Positions 9,415 through 19,719 of a DNA stretch of 64,000 nucleotides are shown in pieces. The translations under genes were made by a program, and so were the position numbers. Origin of the DNA: Bacilli bacterium (GTDB taxonomy: Bacteria; Bacillota_I; Bacilli_A; ML615J-28; CAG-698). The notes under the pieces were generated by a model that saw only the letters and a program-made list of their open reading frames with translations, was not told where the DNA came from and searched no databases. The stretch spans positions 506,853 to 570,852 of the forward strand of contig JBMNLZ010000003.1 of NCBI GenBank assembly GCA_050953065.1, in the 5' to 3' direction. Positions within the stretch are counted from its first letter, which is position 1. Every line of letters begins with the position of its first letter.

Positions 9415-12138
9415 CTAAGGAACTATTGTAAATGTTACTGTTCCTACATCATCTCCATGCGTAACTATGATTGTTACTGTACCCTCTGATACAGTAGTAA
9501 TACTACCATATTGACTAACCGTACAAATTGATGTATCACTACTAGTAATATTACAATCTATACGACCAATTGAAGTACCATCCATTTCATAAGGATATAC
9601 TTGATAATATCCATATGTATTATCAGATAATGCTTTTGAAATTGTAGTTAGACTAACTCCGTCTGCTCCACCAACTGCACCAGATGCATAGACTTTAACT
9701 TTCAAGGTATCAGGAGCTATAGTAAATGTTACTGATCCTATACTACCTTGATAGGTAACTGTACTTGACAGGGTTATTGTTTCAAGTAGCGTGCCTCCTG
9801 AATAATCCCCTTGATTATATAAGCCATTTGTATAAGTATTATAACCAGAAACACTTCCTCCTGTATAAATACTATAAGTTGAGCCTATTTGTAATAGATT
9901 ACTACTAATTAAAAACGATCTATAAGTTTTACTTGGTTTATATGTTGCAATGTCATTTCCACTAGCATCTTGAAGCCTAATAATACTAGAAGATGCTGAA
10001 GTTAAATTAACCTTAATTGCACATTGAGTTGAACTAGTACTAACATTTTGAGCCATCCCAGCTGATCCACTTGCAATTAGAAATCCACCTGTTATATTAA
10101 ATGTCCTATCATAATCTAGCGGACCATTGCCATCATTTGTTGGACCATTAACAATCACTGTTCCACCTGACATATTAATAGAACCATTAGCATCTAGTCC
10201 ATCTCCTGATGCATTAACATAGATATTTCCACCATTAATAGTTAATAATGCATTACCACTACTACCAGGACCTGGTCTAAAATTAGAAGACCCATCAACT
10301 CCACCGGCAACGTTAATCCCATCATCTGTTGCTACAATACTAATATCACCATTATTAATTGTAACGTTTAATGCTTCTAGTCCTTCATAACTTTTAATAA
10401 TATTAATAGTTCCACCATTAATATTTAAATTATTATCAGCATGAATTCCATCATCATTTGATGATAGTTTTAAAGTGCCATTATTAATTGTAATTTGATT
10501 ATTACTATGAATCGCATCATCTTTTGATTCAATATCAATAACACCACCATAAATTTCTAAATTATTTAATCCCTTTATTCCTTTACCACTATTTAATGTT
10601 AAATTAGAATTACTAACACCAGACCTTATAATAAAATCTCCGTTTAAAATTGTTAGAACAGATGAACAATCAATTCCATCTCCATAAGCAATAATATTAT
10701 AAGAACCATTTTCAATTGTAATATAACCCAAAGATGTATCAGTATCATGTTCACAATGCATTCCATCCATTCCAGCTGTAATCTCTAAATAAACATTCTT
10801 ACAAATAATACTATTATTAGCCTTTAAAGCATGTTTTTTTGAATTAATAATTAAACTACCACTTTTAATTTTTAAATCATCATTACTATCAACTGCATTA
10901 TTATAATTAGCATTAATATAAAGAGTTCCTTGACCTTCAAAAGTAATATCATCACAACTATGAATACAGGCTTTGATTTCAGTCTCAGATGTTGCTGAAT
11001 CAGTTATATAATTAACTGAATCACTAGCCGTACTGATTGTTAATTTATCAGAACTTGTTGCTTTAATAACTGAGCCATTCTTACTTGTTAAATTTAGGTT
11101 GTTTAAAATCAAAGTTACTTTTTCTTCTTTTGAAACATTAATTAAAATATTAGCATCATTTGATGTGCCTTCTAATGTATAAGTACCTGGCAGATAAATA
11201 GTCAATTGGTTTTTATTAATATCTACTCTTTTAGTACTAGCAATAATTTCTTCATTAGAAAAAAGAATTGTTGCTTCTACTTCACTTACATCCACTTCTG
11301 ATCCTATTTCTAATACTGTAACTATTATAAAATCACTTGCACCTTCAACCTCAGCCTCAATTCTACTAGTACCAACTGCAATAGCAGTTAATTTACCTGT
11401 TTGAGTGATTGTTGCTACATTTGTATAATTAGAGGTCCAAATAACATCTTCAGTATAAGCAATATTTGAAACTATACTTAAATCAACTGTCTCACCAATA
11501 TGTAAATAAATTGCTTTTTCAGAAAAAATAGTTATTTTTAAAACTTCTTCTGTTTGACTATTTTCTTCATCACTTGCCTCATCCTCTAAAACATTAATAA
11601 TTACAAAGTCTGAAACACCATTAACACTAGCAGTAATTTTAGTTGTACCTTTTTTTAAGGCTCTAACTTTACCTTCATTTGAAATACTTGCTACATCTTT
11701 AAAACTAGATGTCCATCTAACTGGGGCAGTAGAATTAGTTTCTACTTCTAAAGTCAAACTATCACCTACATTTAAAACAACAACTGAATTACCTAAAATT
11801 GTAATTGAATCTGTATGATTTGAAATAGTACTTCTAACAACCTTAACATTTAATGTAATACTTTTTTCTTTAGAATTAGTTAATTCTACTTTTATTTTAG
11901 TTGAGCCTTCCTTTAATCCATATAATATGCCATCTATTACTTGAGCAATTTCGCTATTATCTGGAGTGTAGATTATTTCAAAATCATAATCTATAAAATC
12001 AACAATAGGTAATAATTTTTCTGTTTTACCTACTTCAATCTCATAGTCTTTCTTTTGAAAATCAAACTTTCTTGCTGATAGTTGACTACAACCTGTTAAT
12101 ACAATAATCACAAAAATAAAATAAAGAATTCTTTTCAT
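9415..12138 (-). CDS. Lipoprotein: Ig-like (Big_2) repeats + Cthe_2159-type carbohydrate-binding beta-helix + C-terminal 'SRxxC/YG'-type module
   Basis: Lipobox LTGC; W(T/S)S..VA(S/T)I..G repeats; GTYTLEG..VTLILNNLNL, DDGIHA, EGLEA, GDGLDANG, GPLDYD motifs. Confidence 0.85.
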   Translation of the reverse strand: MKRILYFIFVIIVLTGCSQLSARKFDFQKKDYEIEVGKTEKLLPIVDFIDYDFEIIYTPDNSEIAQVIDGILYGLKEGSTKIKVELTNSKEKSITLNVKVVRSTISNHTDSITILGNSVVVLNVGDSLTLEVETNSTAPVRWTSSFKDVASISNEGKVRALKKGTTKITASVNGVSDFVIINVLEDEASDEENSQTEEVLKITIFSEKAIYLHIGETVDLSIVSNIAYTEDVIWTSNYTNVATITQTGKLTAIAVGTSRIEAEVEGASDFIIVTVLEIGSEVDVSEVEATILFSNEEIIASTKRVDINKNQLTIYLPGTYTLEGTSNDANILINVSKEEKVTLILNNLNLTSKNGSVIKATSSDKLTISTASDSVNYITDSATSETEIKACIHSCDDITFEGQGTLYINANYNNAVDSNDDLKIKSGSLIINSKKHALKANNSIICKNVYLEITAGMDGMHCEHDTDTSLGYITIENGSYNIIAYGDGIDCSSVLTILNGDFIIRSGVSNSNLTLNSGKGIKGLNNLEIYGGVIDIESKDDAIHSNNQITINNGTLKLSSNDDGIHADNNLNINGGTINIIKSYEGLEALNVTINNGDISIVATDDGINVAGGVDGSSNFRPGPGSSGNALLTINGGNIYVNASGDGLDANGSINMSGGTVIVNGPTNDGNGPLDYDRTFNITGGFLIASGSAGMAQNVSTSSTQCAIKVNLTSASSSIIRLQDASGNDIATYKPSKTYRSFLISSNLLQIGSTYSIYTGGSVSGYNTYTNGLYNQGDYSGGTLLETITLSSTVTYQGSIGSVTFTIAPDTLKVKVYASGAVGGADGVSLTTISKALSDNTYGYYQVYPYEMDGTSIGRIDCNITSSDTSICTVSQYGSITTVSEGTVTIIVTHGDDVGTVTFTIVP

Positions 12139-12220
12139 TTGAACACCTCAAAATACAATTATATTACAACTGTATAAATAATAAACAAATGGCAAGAGAT
12201 TTTTATTGGATTTTTTTAAA

Positions 12221-12253
12221 AAAAAGCAAGAGATTTTTTAATTCTCTTGCTTT
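12221..12253 (-). terminator. Intrinsic terminator
   Basis: aaagcaagaga..tctcttgcttt hairpin with A-run on plus strand. Confidence 0.7.
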
Positions 12254-12278
12254 ACTATATTAAATTTTGATTAATACA

Positions 12279-15200
12279 TTATTCAATTGTTACTGTTATA
12301 AATCCGTAAGAATCACTTCCATACTTAACATTAAGTGTTACTGTTCCTGTCTTTAATGCAACAATACTTCCATCATAACTAACATAAGCAATTGAACTAT
12401 CACCAGAAGTAAAATTAAGATAATTATAGTCAATTAAATTTTTATTTGAATTATAAACATAAACTTTATAAATTCCTGGTGTTGCATCTATTAAATCTTT
12501 TGATAAAGTAGTAAGGCTCGTTCCATCTGCCCCACCTACTGCATCAGTTTGATACACCTTAACATTTAAGTTGCTAGGATAGACCGTAACTTTAATTGAA
12601 CTTATAACGTTAGGATTCTCTTCTAATGTTGCTTGAATAATAACTGTACCTAAACGAAGTCCAGTTATTAGACCGTTTTGATCAACTGATGCAATTGTTG
12701 CATTGCTACTACTCCAAACAATTGTTCCAGTCCCCGAAGTTAGAGTTGCAGTTAAAGCAAGAGTTCCATCTTTTATAACCATGTTATTCCCTGAAATATT
12801 TAACATTGGATAAAGAGTATCTACTACTGATATTGTTATAGAACCATAGAAATTAGAACTCTCAACACTAATTGTTACTTCTCCTGCTTTTAAAGCATTG
12901 ATATAACCATTTGTATCTACACTACAAATTGTATCATCACTAAAGAAGAAATTTGCATAAGAACAACCTATTGGACTACCAGTTGAACTATATAAATAAA
13001 TTCTATAAAAAGTTGGATTTTCATCTTCTAAAGGTTTTGAAATTGAAGTTAAACTATCTATTTCAAAACCTGTTTCCATATGAGCTGAGAAGACTTTTAA
13101 AACTATAGCATTAATATTTACTGTTACATCAAACGTTGCTAAAACATTTGAATTTGATTGCAATGTAGCAACAATTGTTGTAGTACCTGGTTCAACTGTT
13201 GAAACAAGACCTGTTTGACTAACTGTTGCAACAGAAGTATTTCTAGAAGTCCATATAATATTTCCAGCCCCCTCACTAAGAGTCGCAGATAATTGTAATG
13301 TATTACCATCTATAACACTGTTTTCTCCTGAAATAGTAATTGTTGGGAAAAGAGTTTCAACAACTGCAATATTAACAAATCCATAAGTATTGTTATATTT
13401 AACATTGATTGTGGCTGTTCCACTTCCAACAGTTGTAATATTACCATTTCCTTCTACTGTTACAACTTCTGTATTATTTACAGTTATAGTTGCATTAGTA
13501 CAATTTATTGGACTGTTATCAGTAGCAAAAATATATACTCGATAAAAACCTGCATTATTATCAGATAAAGGTTTTGAAATTGAAATTAAACTATTTACAT
13601 TTGCATCAATACTTGCATCAGATAAATACACTTTAACCTTTAACAAGTTAGCATGAACTCTAATTTGAACTGTTTTTGTAACAGTTGTATTACCAACCAT
13701 TGTTGCAGTAATGTTAACTGTTCCTTGACTAACTCCTGTTACAAAACCGTTTGCTGCAACTGTAGCAATAGAAGTATTGCTGCTTGTCCAAGAAACTGTT
13801 CCCGTTGCATCATGGATTTGAGCTGTTAGAGGAATTTTAGCACCTGCAATAACTTCAGTCTCTCCTGTAATAGTAATTGTTGGAGCGATATGTTCTACTA
13901 TAGTAATTGTGACACTTCCACATTCATTTCCATATTTAACAGTGATTGTTACCTCACCAACTCCAGGTGTACTAATAGAACCATATGAACTTACTGTACA
14001 AACACTACTATTAGTTGTAGTAAAACTACAATTCATACGACTAATTGCAGTGCCATCTTCTTTATAAATATATACTTGATAATATCCAGCACTACTACCC
14101 GCTAGTTCTTGAGAAATTATAGTTAAGCTAGTTCCAGTAGCACCACCTACAGCAAGGCTTTTGTATACTTTAACATTTAATGTATTTGAATAAACCGTAA
14201 TTCTAATTGTTGCTGTAACAGCCGCATTACTATTTAAAGTTGCAGTAATATCTACATTCCCTTTACTTACTCCTGTTACTTTACCATTCTCATCAACAGT
14301 TGCAATTCCTGCATCACTTGTTGTCCAAGTAAATTCTCCACTGCCATGACTTAGCAAGGCTGTTAATTCTAGCGTTTCATCTACTATAACTTCAACCCCA
14401 CCTGTAATAGTAACAGTTGGAAGAACTGTAATTATTATAGTTTCAACATATTCATTATTAGCACCTACCATAACTTTAATTTCTGTTGTTCCTGCTGCAA
14501 CTGCTGTTACTTTAGCATTCTCATCAACTGTTGCAATCTCTTCATTATCAGAAGTCCAAGTAACACTAGAATAATAAGTATTTTCAAATGAAACCATTAA
14601 TTCACTACTATCACCAACTGTGATTGTAGAATTACCAGTAATAGTAATTTCACCTGGCCCAGTTAAATCATTTACATATATTTCAATAGAAATTGAAATT
14701 GAAGAATTCATAATTGAAGTTGCTGTGATTGTTGCTGTGCCAGCTGCAACAGCGCTAACAATTCCATCTGCACTAACTGTTGCAACACCTTCATCACTAC
14801 TACTAAATGTAACCATATTTGATGCAGTAGCAGGAATCGCTGTAACTGTTAACGTTGTAGTTGCATTAAGAGTTAAGAATGTCTCAATCGCACTAATTTC
14901 TAAAGCAGTTAAAACAGCTAGTTTAGCAGATATTTTAATTTTAATAGTAGCAGATATATTAATATTAGTTATTAAAGTTACTTTAACAGTTGCTTCCCCT
15001 TCAGCTACTGCTGTCACTTGATTGCCTGAAAGAGTAATTAAATTTGAATCAGTTGTTGTAAAAGAAAGTAAACTAGTATCAGCAATTCCAACTAAAGTCG
15101 GATTTAAAGTTATTTGATCTTCTACTCTCATTCTAATTTCAGCATCAACAAAACTAATTTCAGGTACATCACCATCTTCAACAACAAATGTTATACTTTC

Positions 15201-15815
15201 TGTCGTATTACCTTTTTTAATAGTGATTGTTACATTTCCTGCAGCAAAAGCTTTAATATTACCATTTTCATCAACTGTAGCAATAGCATCATTACTAGAA
15301 GAGAAACTACATGTACTATTATCAACAATATTTCCATCTGAATCATAAATATAAACTTGATAATATCCAGTACTACTAGCTGCTAATGATTTTAAAATAT
15401 TAGTTAAACCATTCCCCTCAGCTCCACCTACTGTATCTTCTTGATATACTTTGGCATTTAATGTTTCTGTTTGTATTTCTCCTGCTTGATTTATTAAAAC
15501 ATTAACACTAGCAAAAACACTCTCATCAGATTTTAGGCTAGCTTTTACAGTTGTAGTTCCTTCAGCTAGTGCTGTAACTTTAGCACCTTCAATTCTAATT
15601 AAATCAGGATTAGCTACTGTAAAAACAATTAAATCAAGACTTTCAATTCCAACTAAAGTTGGATTTAAAGTTATTTCATCTCCTACCTCTAAAACAATTT
15701 CATCATTAGTAAAACTAATCTCAGGTTTAACACTAGTTCCACCATCACAAGCTACTAATACTAGTCCTACTAATAACATAAACAATAATACAATACTTTT
15801 TTTAAATTTAAACAT
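12279..15815 (-). CDS. Large multi-Ig (Big_2) lipoprotein with no recognisable catalytic domain; five copies of a KVY..G(Y/F)Y(Q/R)VY module
   Basis: Lipobox LVAC; many WTSSD..IATVD..G.VT repeats; repeated L(N/K)VKVY..SL..IS..L..GYYQVY segments. Confidence 0.85.
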   Translation of the reverse strand: MFKFKKSIVLLFMLLVGLVLVACDGGTSVKPEISFTNDEIVLEVGDEITLNPTLVGIESLDLIVFTVANPDLIRIEGAKVTALAEGTTTVKASLKSDESVFASVNVLINQAGEIQTETLNAKVYQEDTVGGAEGNGLTNILKSLAASSTGYYQVYIYDSDGNIVDNSTCSFSSSNDAIATVDENGNIKAFAAGNVTITIKKGNTTESITFVVEDGDVPEISFVDAEIRMRVEDQITLNPTLVGIADTSLLSFTTTDSNLITLSGNQVTAVAEGEATVKVTLITNINISATIKIKISAKLAVLTALEISAIETFLTLNATTTLTVTAIPATASNMVTFSSSDEGVATVSADGIVSAVAAGTATITATSIMNSSISISIEIYVNDLTGPGEITITGNSTITVGDSSELMVSFENTYYSSVTWTSDNEEIATVDENAKVTAVAAGTTEIKVMVGANNEYVETIIITVLPTVTITGGVEVIVDETLELTALLSHGSGEFTWTTSDAGIATVDENGKVTGVSKGNVDITATLNSNAAVTATIRITVYSNTLNVKVYKSLAVGGATGTSLTIISQELAGSSAGYYQVYIYKEDGTAISRMNCSFTTTNSSVCTVSSYGSISTPGVGEVTITVKYGNECGSVTITIVEHIAPTITITGETEVIAGAKIPLTAQIHDATGTVSWTSSNTSIATVAANGFVTGVSQGTVNITATMVGNTTVTKTVQIRVHANLLKVKVYLSDASIDANVNSLISISKPLSDNNAGFYRVYIFATDNSPINCTNATITVNNTEVVTVEGNGNITTVGSGTATINVKYNNTYGFVNIAVVETLFPTITISGENSVIDGNTLQLSATLSEGAGNIIWTSRNTSVATVSQTGLVSTVEPGTTTIVATLQSNSNVLATFDVTVNINAIVLKVFSAHMETGFEIDSLTSISKPLEDENPTFYRIYLYSSTGSPIGCSYANFFFSDDTICSVDTNGYINALKAGEVTISVESSNFYGSITISVVDTLYPMLNISGNNMVIKDGTLALTATLTSGTGTIVWSSSNATIASVDQNGLITGLRLGTVIIQATLEENPNVISSIKVTVYPSNLNVKVYQTDAVGGADGTSLTTLSKDLIDATPGIYKVYVYNSNKNLIDYNYLNFTSGDSSIAYVSYDGSIVALKTGTVTLNVKYGSDSYGFITVTIE

Positions 15816-15849
15816 TTTCTCAATCTCCTTCTTTATTAATTAAAAATTA

Positions 15850-15891
15850 AAACAGTGAGTTTTTAATTTTTAATATCTTTTACTCACTGTT
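15850..15891 (-). promoter_or_regulatory. 5'UTR inverted repeat (possible attenuator or operator) of the 12279 gene
   Basis: aacagtgagt..actcactgtt 10-bp perfect arms with an AT-rich loop, followed on the minus strand by a T-rich run. Confidence 0.45.
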
Positions 15892-15917
15892 GATTAATCT
15901 TTGTTTAGACGAATTGA

Positions 15918-15946
15918 TTATATCATAATTTGTTAATGCTGTCTAC
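15918..15946 (-). promoter_or_regulatory. Sigma-A promoter for the 12279 gene
   Basis: Minus strand TAGACA-17 nt-TATAAT with extended TGn. Confidence 0.7.
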
Positions 15947-15951
15947 AAATT

Positions 15952-16016
15952 AAAAAGCGGAAGACGCATCTTCCACTTTCGTCCCGAGGCTTCGAAAGTA
16001 TCTCAGGCCTATCAAA
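15952..16016 (-). ncRNA. Candidate small structured RNA ending in an intrinsic terminator
   Basis: GC-rich island; TTGACA at 16045-50 with TAATAA/AATAAT -10; stem CCUGAG/CUCGGG; terminator GUGGAAGA-UGCG-UCUUCCGC-UUUUU. Confidence 0.45.
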
Positions 16017-16054
16017 CTTAATTATTAAGAAATTCGACTTTACTTGTCAAGGTG

Positions 16055-17788
16055 TTAATTATATTTTTCTAATTCTTCTTTTAAAATACTAAAAGGAGCA
16101 GGACCAGTATCTAAATAAGCTTTATGAAAAGCTAAATCAGAATACTTATCTTCTAGCCTTTTCTTAAAATCTATCTTTAAATCTTGAATTTGAAAATAAC
16201 CATAAAAGTATGTTAAATATATAAGTGGTATTTTTAATATTTGATTATATATTTCTTCAAAATCTTCTTTTTCATATACTGCATATTTTTGAATAAATTC
16301 ATATGCTTCATCTAAAGACCAACCATGATAATGAATCCCAATATCAAGTAAGCATGTAATTAAAGCACCTGATATATCATTAAACTCAAAAGCTTTTTTA
16401 GCATCCTCATCAATAAAGCCTACAACTTCATTTTCAATATATGTTGCCCAACCTTCAATATAACCTAAATAATGCATTACTTTTCTAACATCATGAGCAT
16501 TTGTATTTTTAAAATAAACCATTTGATATAAATGTCCTGGATAACTCTCATGACCTACTACTCTATATAAAGTATTATTCAACTCACTTACATAATTTGG
16601 ATTAAGATAAACTGTTTCTTTTATATTAGCATCAATTGGTGAAATTAAATATGAGGCCATAGCTTGGCTATCATGTAAATGCTTAGCCATTTCTTTAACT
16701 TCATATTCTATTAAAACATTAATCGGTGGAAATGATTCTTCCATACTAGTTTTGAAAAATTCAATTAAACCATCAAGTTCTAAACCATCCATTAAATTAA
16801 GTGCTAATTTCTCATTGTATTTATTAAAAGAAAAAACATACCTTTTTATAAGTGTTCTTAGTTTAGCCTTAAAATAATCTTCTAATTCTAAAATACTTAT
16901 ATCAGTCCCGTTTTGAGATCTAAAAGAAGCTTCATAATATTCTTTCCCATTTAGATAATTACAAAGTGCTCCATTATGAGTTACTTTCCCTTTTAAAAGT
17001 AGTAACGCATCTTTTAGATAAGTATAAGCATTTATAAAATCATTTTCTGCTAAGTTTTTATTTTCTTCTTTTAAAGAAATCTTTTCTTCAGCACTTAAAA
17101 AACTTAATCCATCAACTTTCTCATTAAAGATTTCAATTAAAAATACTTCTTCTTCATTAATAAAATCTTCACATTGACCAACAATTTGATCAATCTCAGC
17201 ATCAGTTAATCCTCTATTGTTATTACTTCTTAGAGTTTCATAACTAATCATATTTTCAAATGTTTCTCTTAAGTTTCTTATGTAATCAAAATAATTGTTA
17301 ATATCACCTAAATCATCAAAACGATAATCAGCTAAATTAGAAGGAAATGTTAGCTGAAAACCAAGTTCAGCATTAAGTGAAGTACTATAGCCAATAAAAT
17401 TTTCAAGCAGTAACAATCTATCAAGATAATCTAGAACAATTTTTTTAGTAAGAATTTGACTCTTTGATAAAGAGTCATCTTCAAACTCTAAAACTGTTGT
17501 TTTTAATTCTTTTAAATATTCATAATGAAGCGTTTCATCTTCTTCTAAAAAAATATAAGCAGAAACACTTAGATTGGTTAATCCATATTTTTCTGGATAT
17601 TTAAAATAATAATTAACATTTATTGGATCTTCTCCAACAATATCTACAACAATTGAATCTAAAAGATTATTAAAAAGCAAATTATCAGCTTTTTCTTTTT
17701 TTGCACAACCCAATAAACTAAAAGAAGAAAAAGCAATTAATAATATTAATAATATTTTTTTAGTAATTTTTCTCATTCTTTTCTCCAC
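16055..17788 (-). CDS. DUF885 family lipoprotein (putative zinc metallopeptidase)
   Basis: Lipobox LLGC; GHESYPGHLYQ, YIEGWATYIE, DIGIHYHGWS, GPAPF motifs; start may be Met5. Confidence 0.88.
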   Translation of the reverse strand: MEKRMRKITKKILLILLIAFSSFSLLGCAKKEKADNLLFNNLLDSIVVDIVGEDPINVNYYFKYPEKYGLTNLSVSAYIFLEEDETLHYEYLKELKTTVLEFEDDSLSKSQILTKKIVLDYLDRLLLLENFIGYSTSLNAELGFQLTFPSNLADYRFDDLGDINNYFDYIRNLRETFENMISYETLRSNNNRGLTDAEIDQIVGQCEDFINEEEVFLIEIFNEKVDGLSFLSAEEKISLKEENKNLAENDFINAYTYLKDALLLLKGKVTHNGALCNYLNGKEYYEASFRSQNGTDISILELEDYFKAKLRTLIKRYVFSFNKYNEKLALNLMDGLELDGLIEFFKTSMEESFPPINVLIEYEVKEMAKHLHDSQAMASYLISPIDANIKETVYLNPNYVSELNNTLYRVVGHESYPGHLYQMVYFKNTNAHDVRKVMHYLGYIEGWATYIENEVVGFIDEDAKKAFEFNDISGALITCLLDIGIHYHGWSLDEAYEFIQKYAVYEKEDFEEIYNQILKIPLIYLTYFYGYFQIQDLKIDFKKRLEDKYSDLAFHKAYLDTGPAPFSILKEELEKYN

Positions 17789-17926
17789 TTTAAATATCTA
17801 TTTATCTCACTTCAATTATAACATAAATTAAAAATATTTAAATAAAAAGTAAGAGCTAAAACTCTTACCTTTTTTGTAAGGTCCATATTAATTATATTAG
17901 CAACATTTTCAAAAATTACTCTTTTT

Positions 17927-19654
17927 TTAATTATATTTTTCTAGTTCTTCTTTTAAAATACTAAAAGGAGCAGGACCAATATCAAGTAGGGCTGTATGGA
18001 AAGCTAAATCAGTATACTCCTCACCCAGTCTTTCTTTAAAACTAGTTTTTAATTCTTGGACTTGGAAATAACCATACATATATGGTGCATACATCATTGG
18101 ATTTTCTAAGATTACACTATAAATAAATTCTGGAGTATTTACAGTTAAATTAAAATTTTCATTCATATATTCGGTTGCTACTTCTAAAGACCAACCATGA
18201 TAATGAATGCCAATATCAAGTAAGCATAATTTTAAAGGACCAGCAGAGTTTTTATATTCAAATGCTTTTTTAGCATCCTCATCAATAAAGCCCACAATTT
18301 CATTTTCAATATACATTGTCCAACCTTCAGCATAAGCTAAATAGCTAAACATTTTTCTTACATTATGAAGATTGCTTGTTTTTAAATAAACATGTTGATA
18401 TAAGTGTCCTGGAAAACCTTCATGAGCTACTGTTAAATATAAGGTATTATCCACCTCACCTACATATGTTGGATTAAGATAGATTACTTCTGTAGTAATT
18501 TCATCAATTGGTGATGTAAAATACATCGCCGAAGTAGTAGAACCTTGCATATGTTCTGGAAAAGTTAGAATACTATATTCTATCTCTTCGTCTAAAGGAG
18601 GAAAAAGCCCTTCCATTTTAGTTTGAAAAAACTCTATTAAACTATCAAGAGTTAATCCTTCCATTAAATCAATACTAACACTATCTTGATATGTATCCGT
18701 ATTTTCATCATACCAAGCCTTAAGCTCTGCTAATTTTTCTTCAAAATATGCTTCTATTTTTAAAACAGATAAATTACTTCCAAGTTCAGCTCTTAGAGTT
18801 GCTTCATAAAATTCTTTACCTTTCAAATAATTACTAGATGAACCATTATGAGTAATTTTACCCTTTAAAGGTATAAGTGCATTTTTAAGGTAAATATATG
18901 CTTCAATAAATTCATTGTTTAATAAACTTAAAAGCTCTTGTTTTTTAACAGCTTTACTAGCTTCATCTAAAAAGATTACTTCATCAAGTTTTTCATTAAA
19001 ACTAGCAATTAAAAAGTTTTCTTCTTGATTAATTAACTCATCACATTGATCAATAATTTGATCGATTAAACTATCAGTTAATCCCATATTATTATTACTT
19101 CTCCAAGTCTCATAAGCAATTGCATTTTCAAATGATTCTTTTAAGCACCTTATATAATCAAGATAATTATCAATATCCGTTTCAGTATTAAAACGATATA
19201 CTGTTAATTGATATGGCAACATTGCTTGAATGCCATCTGAAAGATCTAAAACAGTCTTATATCCATAAAAGCCTTCTAATGATATATCGCTTTCTAAAGC
19301 ATCTAAAAAGACTTTTTTTGTTAGGATTTGAGAAACTGATAATTCTTTATCATCAAATTCTAAAAGCCTATTTTTTAAATTCTTTAAAATTTCAAAGTGT
19401 TCTTCATCATCTTCTTTTGTATAAGAATATGGTAAAACAGTTGAATTATCTATTCCTAATTTTTCAGGATACTTTAACATATAATTAATAACTAATGGAT
19501 CAATTCCAAGCAACTCTACAAATGCTTCATCTAAAAAGAGATTAAACTCTTCATTATCAACAACTTCTTTTGGTTTTTTATCACAACCAATTAAAGTAAA
19601 TGAGGTAAGAAGAATTAATACTAATAATAAAATTCTTTTAAATTTGTTTTTCAT
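17927..19654 (-). CDS. DUF885 family lipoprotein, tandem paralogue
   Basis: Lipobox LIGC; AHEGFPGHLYQ, YAEGW, DIGIHYHGWS, GPAPFSILKEELEKYN. Confidence 0.88.
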   Translation of the reverse strand: MKNKFKRILLLVLILLTSFTLIGCDKKPKEVVDNEEFNLFLDEAFVELLGIDPLVINYMLKYPEKLGIDNSTVLPYSYTKEDDEEHFEILKNLKNRLLEFDDKELSVSQILTKKVFLDALESDISLEGFYGYKTVLDLSDGIQAMLPYQLTVYRFNTETDIDNYLDYIRCLKESFENAIAYETWRSNNNMGLTDSLIDQIIDQCDELINQEENFLIASFNEKLDEVIFLDEASKAVKKQELLSLLNNEFIEAYIYLKNALIPLKGKITHNGSSSNYLKGKEFYEATLRAELGSNLSVLKIEAYFEEKLAELKAWYDENTDTYQDSVSIDLMEGLTLDSLIEFFQTKMEGLFPPLDEEIEYSILTFPEHMQGSTTSAMYFTSPIDEITTEVIYLNPTYVGEVDNTLYLTVAHEGFPGHLYQHVYLKTSNLHNVRKMFSYLAYAEGWTMYIENEIVGFIDEDAKKAFEYKNSAGPLKLCLLDIGIHYHGWSLEVATEYMNENFNLTVNTPEFIYSVILENPMMYAPYMYGYFQVQELKTSFKERLGEEYTDLAFHTALLDIGPAPFSILKEELEKYN

Positions 19655-19719
19655 AATTTGACTCCTTTTTACTACTTGATTATAACACCAAATTTAAAAT
19701 AATTAAATGGGCTCTATAT

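Noticed and set aside
15977-16008. Hammerhead ribozyme (CUGAGA...GACGAAA)
   Set aside because: Core is not CUGANGA, no stem II pairing with GGAC, and no suitable stems I/III with a cleavage triplet
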